Notes: generated by a model not told the origin, from the sequence alone. DNA of 58,451 bases from Candidatus Woesearchaeota archaeon (GCA_047602765.1 JBLKOL010000003.1:1-58451), one strand, 5' to 3'. Counted from the stretch's first letter, positions 48,574 to 58,096 are shown. Numbers and translations: made by a program.

Positions 48574-48912
48574 CTATCTACCGTAGGAATCGATAGGAAT
48601 CCTGTATGTCTTCGGCCTGTTTGTCTTCAGATCAGAATATAGATCTGTGCGCAGCCGGACGAGCAGTTCCTCATCCGATCCTCCATCATCGGTTCTCCTC
48701 GAGAGGAACTGAATGAGCGAAGCATGTGGACCGAAGCGCAACACGTCGTCGAGGAGACTTTCGAAGACATCAGATCTTCCAACACTATCGAGATAGAAGG
48801 CAACACCGTCTCGAGCTGCCGACGCCCACGATTCACGATCCGGAAATGCTGAGAACGATAGGGCGCTCGCAAACCTGTGGCTCGTAGGATCAGACAGATG
48901 TTTTGTCGTCAT
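48574..48912 (-). CDS. Hypothetical protein
   Basis: 112-aa ORF divergent from tRNA-Ser(GGA). Confidence 0.45.
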   Translation of the reverse strand: MTTKHLSDPTSHRFASALSFSAFPDRESWASAARDGVAFYLDSVGRSDVFESLLDDVLRFGPHASLIQFLSRRTDDGGSDEELLVRLRTDLYSDLKTNRPKTYRIPIDSYGR

Positions 48913-48990
48913 TATTGAGGTGTAGCATAAACGCCTTAATTAGTCTTCGGTCCGAGAGTTTATAAGCAGATTCACTGACCGAAGCGAAGA

Positions 48991-49073
48991 GCCGAGATCG
49001 CATAACCTGGTATTGCGCAAGCCTGGAAAGCTTGTCCCATAAGGGATTGTGGGTTCAAATCCCACTCTCGGCG
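48991..49073 (+). tRNA. tRNA-Ser(GGA)
   Basis: GCCGAGA/TCTCGGC acceptor, CAAGC-CTGGAAA-GCTTG anticodon arm, long variable arm, G73. Confidence 0.97.
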
Positions 49074-49074
49074 T

Positions 49075-49671
49075 ATGATCAGAGGAGCAGAAGCGATCGT
49101 CACATTCGAAGACGGACTCGTACGCAAACGTCGCGTACGCAAAGGATACCGAGACGAGCGCATCGATGAGAAACTCATCACGCAACGCACGCGGACCGAA
49201 GCTGCGATACTCCAACGCCTCGAAGGCATCAGAGGAGTACCACGACTCGTCAGCGTCGAAGGATCAGACCTTCTCATAGAGCGCATCGAGGCCGAACCGT
49301 ATGCGGGGCAGCCGATCGCACGAGCACTCGCACAACTCATACACGACGTCCACGAACGAGGCGTCACCCACGCAGACGTCTCGCCCAAGAACATTCTTGT
49401 CTTGGAACAGGTCTACCTCATCGACTACGGGCTCTCATCGTTCTCGGATCGCATCGAAGATCGTGCATACGATCTGTTCATGACACATGAGACGTTCAGC
49501 GCATACGCAGGATTCGCAGAAGAACTCATCAGCGCCTACCGCGAACTCCTCGAAGATCCAAGCCCGTTCGACGAGCGCATCGAGCGCATCGGAACGAGAG
49601 GAAGACACAAGAAGAAAGGGTTTACTCAGCCGCGACGCCCTTCGTACGAGGAACCTCACGTACGATCTTGA
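49075..49671 (+). CDS. bud32: KEOPS kinase Bud32 (stand-alone)
   Basis: RGAEA, KRR..K.YR..ID..L..RTR.EA, HAD.SPKN, LIDYGLS and ED.A.DL motifs. Confidence 0.9.
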   Translation: MIRGAEAIVTFEDGLVRKRRVRKGYRDERIDEKLITQRTRTEAAILQRLEGIRGVPRLVSVEGSDLLIERIEAEPYAGQPIARALAQLIHDVHERGVTHADVSPKNILVLEQVYLIDYGLSSFSDRIEDRAYDLFMTHETFSAYAGFAEELISAYRELLEDPSPFDERIERIGTRGRHKKKGFTQPRRPSYEEPHVRS

Positions 49672-49846
49672 GCGGGATCACGCCCTTCTCGAACTCGAGC
49701 TGTGCGATGAGCAGCGGAGAATACCTGATCCTCTCAAGGTCATCTTCAGTGAGCTTGACGAGGTACGGTGCTCCCATCGCGATCTGCAAGGCACGGGCTC
49801 CGATGATACGCGCGCGTTCGTAGCGCGTATACGTCGTGTCTTCCAT
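49622..49846 (-). CDS. rpo6: RNA polymerase subunit Rpo6 (RpoK)
   Basis: [29 protein letters not shown]. Confidence 0.96.
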   Translation of the reverse strand: MEDTTYTRYERARIIGARALQIAMGAPYLVKLTEDDLERIRYSPLLIAQLEFEKGVIPLKIVREVPRTKGVAAE

Positions 49847-49847
49847 C

Positions 49848-50633
49848 TCACTTCACCTTGAGCGCCTTGCGATACACGTCTGCTACGGCCCGAGCCTTCT
49901 CAAGAGAGTCTGCGATCTCCTCGGGAGTGAGGCCTCCATCGCCTCCCTTCTGCAGGGCGCAGAGCAAACCGTCGTCTTGGAATCCGATCGAAAGACGCGC
50001 CTGCACGCCGCGCTCCTCCTCATACCCTGGATCGGTCACAATGTGATCGCCGATCTTATACGCCGTTACGAGAATCGGACTCGACGAGAGCTCGAGCGGA
50101 TCCGTGTGCGTCTTGTAGTCGACCACACCGTCCTTGAGTCCGGGCATGCGCGCGTCCATGAGCGCTGCGATCGCAGCGAGCGAAGCCGCATCGAGCAGGT
50201 TCCCATCATCGTTGATCGGAACGATGTCGATGATCACGCTCCAGACCTGTTCTGCAGGCGTGATGCACAGCGACTTGAGATCGAGGGCTTCTCCTTCACG
50301 GATCGTACGGTCGACGAGCCTGCTGATCTCGATCGCCCAATCGCTCGGAGGACCCGATTCGAAGTCCGGAGAGGCCATGGGCGTGAGCTCGGCGTTCACC
50401 ATCAGGTTCCCCCTATCCGGAGTGTCCGGATACGGCTTCTCGGTCTGCATCTTCACACCAGCATAGACGATGGTTCCGCCAAGAGTGACGCGTGCTGACC
50501 CTTCGGCGTTCTTCGAAACTCCTCGTTCGATGACGACCGAACGTACATCTTTGAGCGCGCGACCGTCGAAATGCAATCCCTTCGAATAGTACCGTTTGAG
50601 CGAATCGGTGAGCTGCTTGTCGTATGTCATCAC
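49848..50633 (-). CDS. rrp42: Exosome subunit Rrp42
   Basis: RNase PH fold; AEGSARV.LG.T, PYPDTPD.G and DDGNL.DA motifs. Confidence 0.95.
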   Translation of the reverse strand: MMTYDKQLTDSLKRYYSKGLHFDGRALKDVRSVVIERGVSKNAEGSARVTLGGTIVYAGVKMQTEKPYPDTPDRGNLMVNAELTPMASPDFESGPPSDWAIEISRLVDRTIREGEALDLKSLCITPAEQVWSVIIDIVPINDDGNLLDAASLAAIAALMDARMPGLKDGVVDYKTHTDPLELSSSPILVTAYKIGDHIVTDPGYEEERGVQARLSIGFQDDGLLCALQKGGDGGLTPEEIADSLEKARAVADVYRKALKVK

Positions 50634-51340
50634 TCACCACCTCCATACTTGTTTCTGAGCGCTTCGCGCTGTATCTCGTTGATCGTGAAGAGGGCTTCAC
50701 GAGCGAGGTTGACCCCTTCGACCACGAGTGTGGGATCGAGGTGTCCGTCCATCTGCAGGAGCGTCACCTGGTTGAGGTTGGGGAGCATGGCGATCGGCAT
50801 GTCAGCGACGCCTCCCTCACCGTCATAATCCTCTTCTTCTTTGGTAAGGTCGACGACGAGCTTATCTCCGACACGACCGACCGCGATCGCAGCCGGAAGG
50901 CCCTTCATCGTGATACCCGCATCTGCGAGCGCGATCGCAGCCGCACAAATACCTGCTGCACGCGTACCCGCATCCGTCTGCGGGAGTTCGATGAACACAT
51001 CCACGACGGCGTTGGGGAAGTCTTCGAGATTGAGCGCCGGAAGCAGCGCCTGCTGCGTCACCCAGCTGATCTCCTTACTCCTCCTCGACGTACCTGGACG
51101 GACGCGGTCGCCCGAACCTGAGAACGGCATCATGTTGTACTTGCACCGCAAGATCCCCTTCTTCGGGTCCTGCATGAACTTGGGGAAGAGGTTGCGCGGA
51201 CCGTACACCGCAGCGTACGCCTCGGTTCCTCCGATGCGGAAGTATCCCGAACCGTCGGCTCGCGGGATCACACCTGCCTTCGCTTCGATCGGACGCATCT
51301 CGCTCACTGCCCGACCATCATATCTCTTCGAATAACTCAT
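50630..51340 (-). CDS. rrp41: Exosome subunit Rrp41
   Basis: RYDGR..EMRP, ADGSGY, YGPR, RRSKEIS and DAGTR motifs. Confidence 0.96.
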   Translation of the reverse strand: MSYSKRYDGRAVSEMRPIEAKAGVIPRADGSGYFRIGGTEAYAAVYGPRNLFPKFMQDPKKGILRCKYNMMPFSGSGDRVRPGTSRRSKEISWVTQQALLPALNLEDFPNAVVDVFIELPQTDAGTRAAGICAAAIALADAGITMKGLPAAIAVGRVGDKLVVDLTKEEEDYDGEGGVADMPIAMLPNLNQVTLLQMDGHLDPTLVVEGVNLAREALFTINEIQREALRNKYGGGE

Positions 51341-52050
51341 CGCTTCTCACCTTCCTCTTTAGGTATCGGACCGAGCCGCTCGGTCAGGAACGTCTCGACC
51401 TGTTCGGTCAGACCGCTCCGGTGTGCATTGCTCTCGATCATACGGACGGCTTCGATCACCACGATCTCCTTCTCAGGCTCGCCGTCGACCCATACGAGTC
51501 CGTTCTGACCGACGACGATCTGGCATCCCGAGGCTCGTTTGAGCATCGAGACCATCGAACCGTTCTTTCCGATGATCCGCGGAACCTTGACCGGAGAGAC
51601 TTCGATGATCCGGCCTCCGGTGAGCTTTCTCAACCCGGGTCCTCGCATCGTAAGGTCGACGAGGTTCTGGCTCGTCACGTTACTGATGCGGCAGGCGATG
51701 TAATCGTCGAACGTATAGAACTGGGTGAGGTCTGCTCCGCGCGGGATGAAGTTGTTGCTCGCATCCCTGAGCGGGAGCAAGGCCGAATACGCCGAGTTGA
51801 TCTCCACCCGCCATCCCGACATGATGATGTCGACGACCTTGCCGATGATCATATCGTTCTTCGCCGGAAGGTATCCTCCGGCCACCGGCGTGATCTTGAG
51901 CAGCCTTCCCTTAAGCGTGAGCAGGCCGAGCATAGTTGCGATGATGTCTTCTCCTCGACGCATCGTACCGTCACCAGGCAGGAAGTCCATCCCTTCAGCG
52001 ACCACCTCTCCGGGCGTTACGATCGTCTTCTCTTCTTTGAGTAATCCCAT
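51337..52050 (-). CDS. rrp4: Exosome subunit Rrp4
   Basis: VTPGEV, S1 domain, KH motif VPRIIGKNGSM, GQNG.VW. Confidence 0.95.
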   Translation of the reverse strand: MGLLKEEKTIVTPGEVVAEGMDFLPGDGTMRRGEDIIATMLGLLTLKGRLLKITPVAGGYLPAKNDMIIGKVVDIIMSGWRVEINSAYSALLPLRDASNNFIPRGADLTQFYTFDDYIACRISNVTSQNLVDLTMRGPGLRKLTGGRIIEVSPVKVPRIIGKNGSMVSMLKRASGCQIVVGQNGLVWVDGEPEKEIVVIEAVRMIESNAHRSGLTEQVETFLTERLGPIPKEEGEKR

Positions 52051-52055
52051 ATGTC

Positions 52056-52757
52056 TCACTTCGTTTCGTGAATGTCGATGTCTCCGCTCGTCGCGTCGTT
52101 GAGCTTCGTATAGAGCTCGTCGCGCATCCCCGCAGGGATCTCGAGCGTGAGGGTGAGCGAGCCTTGTGCTCCCCACTCTTGGTTCTTGATGTCTCCGAGG
52201 CGTCCTGCGATACCGAGCACCTTGCCCGAATGCTGAGGAGCCATCGTGATGGTGAACGTTTTGACCGATACCTTGATCGGAAGCACGCTGCGGATCGCAT
52301 CGATCGCATCAGCCACGTTCTTCTCCACCGGTACGGATTCTCGGATGCGGAACTTCACCTCTTCGAGAGCCGCTTCGATCCGAGCCGTCGGATGCGGGTT
52401 ATCGGTGCGCGGGTCGACGCCGCGGCGTGTGATCGCATCGATCACCTTGCGTTCCATGCGTTCTTTGATGAGCGCACGTTGTTCTGCTGAGAGCTGTACC
52501 TCTCCGTCCTCGATGATCCTACGTGCGACCTCTTGAGCATCAGCCGTCTGAAAGACGCGCACAAGATCCGATTCCTTCGCATGCTCACCGCTCTGCGCAT
52601 CCGTATAGACGTCAGGAGCGGTGAGGATGTCCTCGACATCAACCGTGCCGGTTTCGAGGTATTCAAAGGCCTTCTGAGGGTCGACGATGACCTCAAAGGT
52701 GGTTCCATCACGCTTGAGGCGTGCGAGCGTGATCGCGAGTCTCTCACCCATACGCAT
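52056..52757 (-). CDS. Ribosome maturation factor SBDS
   Basis: FEVIVDP, GEVQL.AEQR, DPRT..PHP..RIE.A and IPAG motifs. Confidence 0.95.
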   Translation of the reverse strand: MRMGERLAITLARLKRDGTTFEVIVDPQKAFEYLETGTVDVEDILTAPDVYTDAQSGEHAKESDLVRVFQTADAQEVARRIIEDGEVQLSAEQRALIKERMERKVIDAITRRGVDPRTDNPHPTARIEAALEEVKFRIRESVPVEKNVADAIDAIRSVLPIKVSVKTFTITMAPQHSGKVLGIAGRLGDIKNQEWGAQGSLTLTLEIPAGMRDELYTKLNDATSGDIDIHETK

Positions 52758-53473
52758 CACTTCGCAAGGCGTTCGAGCAATGCTCTCTCGACCTGTTCGA
52801 AGCGCTTCGAATCCGACGGGATCGTCGCAGCATCGACGCGGTCGATCGAGAAGTCCTTATCGAGAACCTCTTTGAGTCCTTGGATGGCGAGCGCGATCGC
52901 ATCGTCACGCGAAATCCCTTCCTTGTAGCGTTCGTGGAGCAGCGGCTTGACCTTCGTCTCGCCCTCGCCGATGACCGTCGCCTTGTATTCGAAGTAGATG
53001 CCCGTAGGATCCGTCTCGAAAAGGCGCGGCGTATCATCGACGCCGGCTATGAGCAGCGAGACACCGAACGGACGGTAGCCTCCGGACTGCGTCGTCATCT
53101 GCTGCAGGTCGGCGATGTCACGCACGACGGATACGACGTCGATCGGAGCATCGTAGGTCACGCGGTTCTGTTGTGCGCGTACCATCGCTCGGTCCATGAG
53201 GATGCGACCGTCGGATACGATGCCCGAGGCTGCTCCAGCGATGTGATCGTCGATCTTAAAGATCTTCTCGACCGAGGTCGACACCATAAGCGGGTCAAGG
53301 ACTCGTTTGTCGGTGATAAGCAGCACACCGCCATCGTAGACGATGCCGATCACCGTCGAACCCTGCTTTACGGTCTTCTTCGCGTATTCCACTTGGAGGA
53401 GTCGTCCGTCCGGGCTGAACATCGTGATCGCCCGGTCGTACCCCATCATCTGATGTTGCATCGGTTGGCTCAT
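52757..53473 (-). CDS. psmA: Proteasome alpha subunit
   Basis: GYDRAITMFSPDGRLLQVEYA and RPFGVSLL motifs; start 53473 (an upstream GTG at 53527 is possible). Confidence 0.97.
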   Translation of the reverse strand: MSQPMQHQMMGYDRAITMFSPDGRLLQVEYAKKTVKQGSTVIGIVYDGGVLLITDKRVLDPLMVSTSVEKIFKIDDHIAGAASGIVSDGRILMDRAMVRAQQNRVTYDAPIDVVSVVRDIADLQQMTTQSGGYRPFGVSLLIAGVDDTPRLFETDPTGIYFEYKATVIGEGETKVKPLLHERYKEGISRDDAIALAIQGLKEVLDKDFSIDRVDAATIPSDSKRFEQVERALLERLAK

Positions 53474-53631
53474 TGGTATCCCACCGAGAAGCACGATTTC
53501 AACGCTCGCCTTCTCTCTCGTTAGCACCGCGGGTCAAGGGTTCGTTTAAATAGTTTGTGCGGGGATCGTTCTCGATCTTCGTTCATCGCTTCTTCGAGCC
53601 GTACGTCCCGAAATTCGTTCGTAAGGTGCGT

Positions 53632-53925
53632 TCACGCGTCTGTGAGCGCTGAGCGCAGCTTCTCGAGCGTTCCCGATACGCGCGCGATACCATAGGCTCC
53701 TTCGAGCGTTGAGACCACAACACGGAGGCGTGCGAGTTCGCTCTTCTCCACCCGGATGACGAGTCCCGAACGTTCTTCGACGAGCACGAGGCGTGCAGCG
53801 CCCACACCTACGGATCCGAAGAGTTCAGCGTAGCGCTCGGTGATCCGCGCGTAGACCGAACGGTCAGCGTCAGGCACGAAGGCATAGCGAGGCGTGTCTT
53901 TGAGCGTCGGAGGGATCGGTCTCAT
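53632..53925 (-). CDS. RNase P protein Pop5/Rpp14
   Basis: PTLK..PRY, .LFG..G and VSGTLEKL motifs; canonical position upstream of psmA. Confidence 0.8.
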   Translation of the reverse strand: MRPIPPTLKDTPRYAFVPDADRSVYARITERYAELFGSVGVGAARLVLVEERSGLVIRVEKSELARLRVVVSTLEGAYGIARVSGTLEKLRSALTDA

Positions 53926-53946
53926 ACACACCGTGGAGAGAGCAAT

Positions 53947-53955
53947 CTTTAAAAA
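53947..53955. promoter_or_regulatory. Single TTTAAAAA box centred between divergent pop5 and rps7
   Basis: About 22-24 nt from both ATGs; reads as a TATA box on both strands. Confidence 0.5.
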
Positions 53956-53978
53956 CACGTTGGAGCGCCTCGAACGCC

Positions 53979-54575
53979 ATGTCACTCAAAGCGTTCAACC
54001 GATGGAACGTCGAAGCCGTCCAGATCGCCGATCCAGGCATCAAACCGTACATCAACCTCGAACCACGCGTCGTCCCCAAGACCGGAGCGCGCTATTCGGG
54101 TCAGAAGTTCCACAAGTCGAACGCATTCATCGTCGAACGCTTCATCAACAAGATCATGGTCGCCGGCCATAAAGGTAAGAGCCACACGTTCAGCTCAGGC
54201 CACAACACGGGCAAGGCGAGTAAGGCGTACGATACGATGGAACGCGTCCTTGAGATCGTTGAGAAACGCACCGGTCAGAACCCGATCACGGTCCTCGTGC
54301 TCGCCATCGAACGAGCCGCTCCGCGAGAAGAGGTCATCTCGATCGAATACGGCGGAGCACGATATCCCAAAGCCGTCGAATGCGCACCGCAACGACGCAT
54401 CGACATCGCCCTGCGCTACATGACGCAGGCGGGCATGCAAAAGTCCTTCAGAACCAAAATCACGCTCGAGAACGCGCTCGCAGACGAGATCATAGCGGCC
54501 TACGAAGGCTCGCAGAACTCGCTCGCGATCAGCCGTAAGCTCGAAGTCGAACGACAAGCGGACTCATCGAGATAA
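53979..54575 (+). CDS. rps7: 30S ribosomal protein S7 (uS7)
   Basis: IVERFINK, NPI.VLV.AIE.AAPREE, AV..APQRR.DIALR and LADEII.A motifs. Confidence 0.97.
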   Translation: MSLKAFNRWNVEAVQIADPGIKPYINLEPRVVPKTGARYSGQKFHKSNAFIVERFINKIMVAGHKGKSHTFSSGHNTGKASKAYDTMERVLEIVEKRTGQNPITVLVLAIERAAPREEVISIEYGGARYPKAVECAPQRRIDIALRYMTQAGMQKSFRTKITLENALADEIIAAYEGSQNSLAISRKLEVERQADSSR

Positions 54576-54679
54576 GCTCGATCGTCGAGACGCGTGCAGT
54601 ACCGTTCTACTCCTCCCACAGGGGACGGGAATCCTATGATCCCCTGTACCGTCTCGCTGAACGGATGCTCTGAGAATCC

Positions 54680-55153
54680 TCACGCTCTGCGGCGAGCGAA
54701 CCGATCGGAGAAGAAGATGAAGGCGAGCAGACCGAGGCCGAGGACGACGAGCGAACCTCCGAGGAGCGGGTTCGACTCGAAGAGCGGCGGCTCACCGATC
54801 ACGATCTCGAGCGCATCAGTCATACCCGCTTCGGGAACGAACACGCGAAGATCATACGAGCCCGAAGCTAATCCTGGAAGCGTGAGGATCGTCGTAGGAG
54901 CACGATCGAGCGTGAGCTGGTAGCTCACCGAACCACCGGTGATCGAAACGACAGCCGGCTCATCAGGAATCGTGCGGTTCACCGGCTCGATGACCGTGAT
55001 CGCGAGTCGGATCGGCTCATCTGCACGTGGCAGTCCATCGAGGAACGAGGCTTGGACCTGGAATTGCCCGGCACGAGAATCGAGCGTGATCATCGTCGAA
55101 GCGGACAGTACGAATACGAGCAGCAGCAGTGATACCGGTCTGGCGAGTACCAT
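54680..55153 (-). CDS. Secreted Ig-like protein with C-terminal TM anchor
   Basis: Signal peptide, beta-rich body (GSYDLRV), TM followed by RRR. Confidence 0.65.
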   Translation of the reverse strand: MVLARPVSLLLLVFVLSASTMITLDSRAGQFQVQASFLDGLPRADEPIRLAITVIEPVNRTIPDEPAVVSITGGSVSYQLTLDRAPTTILTLPGLASGSYDLRVFVPEAGMTDALEIVIGEPPLFESNPLLGGSLVVLGLGLLAFIFFSDRFARRRA

Positions 55154-55154
55154 A

Positions 55155-55228
55155 TGAGCCTGCTGGGATTCGAACCCAGGTCAACCGGTCCGAAGCCGGT
55201 TACACTATCCAGACTATGCTACAGGCCC
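55155..55228 (-). tRNA. tRNA-Arg(TCG)
   Basis: GGGCCTG/CAGGCTC acceptor, ACCGG-CTTCGGA-CCGGT anticodon arm, TTCGAAT T-loop. Confidence 0.96.
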
Positions 55229-55276
55229 TTAGACGAGGTTCACATGCTCGGTTTAAAACAGAATCGTAACGGGGCG

Positions 55277-55633
55277 CTAGACGAGAGGAAGATCGCCGGT
55301 CACCGGCTCGAGCTCATCCGCATCAGAAGGCCCGATCGCGATGCACGTCGTCGTACCAGCCGCCACGACGGTACGCCCCGCATCCTTGACGAGCACCGTC
55401 GGAAGATCCCGGTCCTCAGCGGCTCGTTTGATCGCGAGCAGGTGCTTCTCATCCTCAGCCCAGACGGCGACCTTCTTCTGGCCGATCACGAGCCACTCCT
55501 TGAACGCAGGCGTAGAACGCGTCTTCATCGTGATCGAAACCGCGGCATGCGCGGCTTGAACGGCGAGCTTTCCCTTCGGCAGCTTGAGATCACGCCGGAT
55601 GACGATGACGAGTTGAGGCTCGATAGACGGCAT
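55277..55633 (-). CDS. pth2: Peptidyl-tRNA hydrolase Pth2
   Basis: RRDLKLPKGKLAVQAAHA, GQKKVAV and DAGRT.V..GT.T.I.IGP motifs. Confidence 0.96.
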   Translation of the reverse strand: MPSIEPQLVIVIRRDLKLPKGKLAVQAAHAAVSITMKTRSTPAFKEWLVIGQKKVAVWAEDEKHLLAIKRAAEDRDLPTVLVKDAGRTVVAAGTTTCIAIGPSDADELEPVTGDLPLV

Positions 55634-55672
55634 ACCACTCTCAGAGCATCTTGTGGTTAAAAATGGAATGGG

Positions 55673-56218
55673 TTAGGCATCCATCTGGAGCACGGCGATC
55701 TTCTCTTTGAGGAACTCGATCGTACGCGTGTTATCCTGCTGGTTGAGGAGCTGACCGCACTCATGGCACTTGTACCCGTTCTCGACCGCATCATCGAAGT
55801 CGAGACGGCAGCACCCAGAGGGACACATGAAGAAGTGACCCTTGTGCTTCTCCTCGCGCTCGAGACGGTAGCTGAAGTGCTCGAGCTTCTCGGCACGCAG
55901 CTTCTCGAGAACCGCACGGATGTCTTGCTTTCTGAACGTCCAGTAGCTGATGTACCAGCCCTTCTTGCGATCCTTCTTGCGCCGGTAGACGGCAAGACCG
56001 TAATTGTGGAGGCGGTAGAGCATCTGGCGTACTCTGGCGATCTCCATGCCGAGCGCATCGGCGATGTGGAACTCGGATACGAGCGGCGTCTCACCGATGA
56101 ACTCGACGATCGGAACCGCTTCTTGTCCGGCGAGGGCTTCGACGATCTCGTGCACCTTCTTCTTGGTGAGGCGTAGCTTTGCCGGGTTGATCTCATAGAG
56201 GATGGCTTCTTGCATCAT
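55673..56218 (-). CDS. tfe: Transcription factor E alpha
   Basis: wHTH (EFHIAD.LG..I..VRQMLY.L), KKD..GWY.SYW, Zn ribbon CPSGC..CHECG. Confidence 0.93.
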   Translation of the reverse strand: MMQEAILYEINPAKLRLTKKKVHEIVEALAGQEAVPIVEFIGETPLVSEFHIADALGMEIARVRQMLYRLHNYGLAVYRRKKDRKKGWYISYWTFRKQDIRAVLEKLRAEKLEHFSYRLEREEKHKGHFFMCPSGCCRLDFDDAVENGYKCHECGQLLNQQDNTRTIEFLKEKIAVLQMDA

Positions 56219-56226
56219 TGGTTTCA

Positions 56227-56289
56227 CCTGAGGTGCCCAACCCCCCAACGGGTCCGGGCTGCGTCGCGAGAACGCACTACCACCTTAGG
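56227..56289 (-). promoter_or_regulatory. Multi-stem structured tfe 5' leader overlapping the RBS
   Basis: CCTAAGGTG/CACCTCAGG closing stem, TGCGT/ACGCA and GCCC/GGGC inner stems; TATA at ~56298-56305. Confidence 0.5.
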
Positions 56290-56386
56290 TTTCGAGCCTT
56301 TATAACCCTTACGGAATCTTCGTTACCTTCGAGTAGTACAAACCAAACCAGTAGACGATACCGTATACTCACGAACGGTTGGAAAG

Positions 56387-56460
56387 TGGGCCCGAGGAGA
56401 TTCGAACTCCCGACCACTCGATTATCAGTCGAGCACTCCACCAGGCTAAGCTACGGGCCC
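56387..56460 (-). tRNA. tRNA-Ile(GAT)
   Basis: GGGCCCG/CGGGCCC acceptor, CTCGA-CTGATAA-TCGAG anticodon arm. Confidence 0.97.
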
Positions 56461-56475
56461 GTGAACCGGTTTGAG

Positions 56476-56548
56476 CGCCCTCGACCAGACTTGAACTGGT
56501 GACCTTGCGGTTAACAGCCGCACGCTCTACCTACTAAGCTACGAGGGC
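56476..56548 (-). tRNA. tRNA-Asn(GTT)
   Basis: GCCCTCG/CGAGGGC acceptor, TGCGG-CTGTTAA-CCGCA anticodon arm; 15 nt upstream of tRNA-Ile. Confidence 0.97.
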
Positions 56549-56648
56549 ATAGCATTAACAGAGGTTCAGAACGCCTTAAAAGGTTTGTGCGGAGCGTCCG
56601 ACCAACATAAGTGAAAGGTTCATTAAGAGCAAGCCAACAGAACAGCGC

Positions 56649-57776
56649 ATGGATCGTCTGATCATCGGAACGTATGCGTTTCTCACCAAGATCCACCTGC
56701 TCGAACTCAAAGAGAAGATCACACGACCCTACACGTACGTACGCGACCACTACGACCACATCCTCATACCCTACGATGAGACGACACGCATCAAAGTCGC
56801 CCAAGACGGACTCATCTACATCGACACGACGGACTTCACACGAACACCCGAAGAGTGGCACGACATCCTCAGACGCGAAGTCCTCGAACACCTCGTCAGC
56901 GACGATGACGAGACGTTCTTCAAAACCATGCTCCTCACCAAGAGACCGTCGATCATCCTCATCACCAAAGACGGCACGAAGGCCTTCGAGAGATACAACC
57001 GAGCACGTGACTACACGATCAGAACACGCTTCGTCACCAAACACTACGGACAAGGGCTCGTCGTCTACGAACGCCTCACGCTCAAAGGCACGAAACGCGA
57101 GGAACTCATCGAAACGCAGCTCTTCTTCGCAGACTACCAAGAACTCGCACGAAGCCTGCTCAATCACAACCAAGAACTCTGGGACGAAGTGACCACATCT
57201 CGACGACGCGAACAGTTCCGCTTCAAAGAGATACCGCTCATGATCAGCAGCCTCATCGAGCACAAACGACGTGTTACGACCGCGATGATGACGATCGAAC
57301 AGATCGACGAATTCCTCGCACGACGCGCCGACACGTGCACGATCCAACGCGAACTCACCGCACTCAAACTCTACGATTTCGATGAGCTCAGAGCCCTCAC
57401 GCGCTATGTCAAGAGTCAGTATGAGGCGACCCAAGAACACATCTCATCGACGATCACGCTCACCGAAGACCTCTACAAAGAGAACGAACAGAAAGAACTC
57501 AACATCCTCCAAGTCATCTTCGCCGTAGGAACGATCGCAGCAATCGTGAGCCTCGGAGCCATGCCCGGAGCCACGCTCTTGCTCGAGATCACCGGAAACA
57601 CGGTAAGCGGAGACCTCATCTCGTTCAGCACGAACGACATGATCTTCTGGACGGCGATCAGCATCGTCATCGGAGTCGTCCTCTTCATAGCGCTCAACTA
57701 CTTCTTCCTCTCAGCGAAGAAACTGCGCATCGTAAGTCTCATCAAGAAGCGAGACGAACCGAAGGATCACGAGTAA
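56649..57776 (+). CDS. CorA-like architecture protein (soluble helical domain plus two C-terminal TMs)
   Basis: Long helical region ending LN.LQVIFAVG..SLGAMPG, then a second TM; no canonical GMN. Confidence 0.55.
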   Translation: MDRLIIGTYAFLTKIHLLELKEKITRPYTYVRDHYDHILIPYDETTRIKVAQDGLIYIDTTDFTRTPEEWHDILRREVLEHLVSDDDETFFKTMLLTKRPSIILITKDGTKAFERYNRARDYTIRTRFVTKHYGQGLVVYERLTLKGTKREELIETQLFFADYQELARSLLNHNQELWDEVTTSRRREQFRFKEIPLMISSLIEHKRRVTTAMMTIEQIDEFLARRADTCTIQRELTALKLYDFDELRALTRYVKSQYEATQEHISSTITLTEDLYKENEQKELNILQVIFAVGTIAAIVSLGAMPGATLLLEITGNTVSGDLISFSTNDMIFWTAISIVIGVVLFIALNYFFLSAKKLRIVSLIKKRDEPKDHE

Positions 57777-58096
57777 CCGAAGCGACGCTCGTAGTTCTTG
57801 TGGTCGAACCACTCAATAACCAGACTGATCACGATCGAGTCGCCAGCTTGCACCGAGTAGATCAATCGCCATCCGTTCGGCAGATCATGCTTCCACACGT
57901 TGCGGATGCCCCGTGACGCGTACGGTTTCGGGATGATCCGCTTGGGGATCTGAACACCGCAGAACGCGTTCGCTTCAAGCGCATCGAGAGCACCAGTAAT
58001 CGAACCATAGAGCCTTCGATTGGCATCATCGCCCTCTCGAAGCGATTCGTACGCCCGCTTCGTCCTCGCATCGAAGAACCTGACCTGCGATCTCAT
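57767..58096 (-). CDS. RelE/ParE-like toxin
   Basis: NVWKHDLPNGWRLIYSV..VIEWFDHKNYERRF pattern; ATGA-coupled to the upstream small gene. Confidence 0.7.
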   Translation of the reverse strand: MRSQVRFFDARTKRAYESLREGDDANRRLYGSITGALDALEANAFCGVQIPKRIIPKPYASRGIRNVWKHDLPNGWRLIYSVQAGDSIVISLVIEWFDHKNYERRFGYS

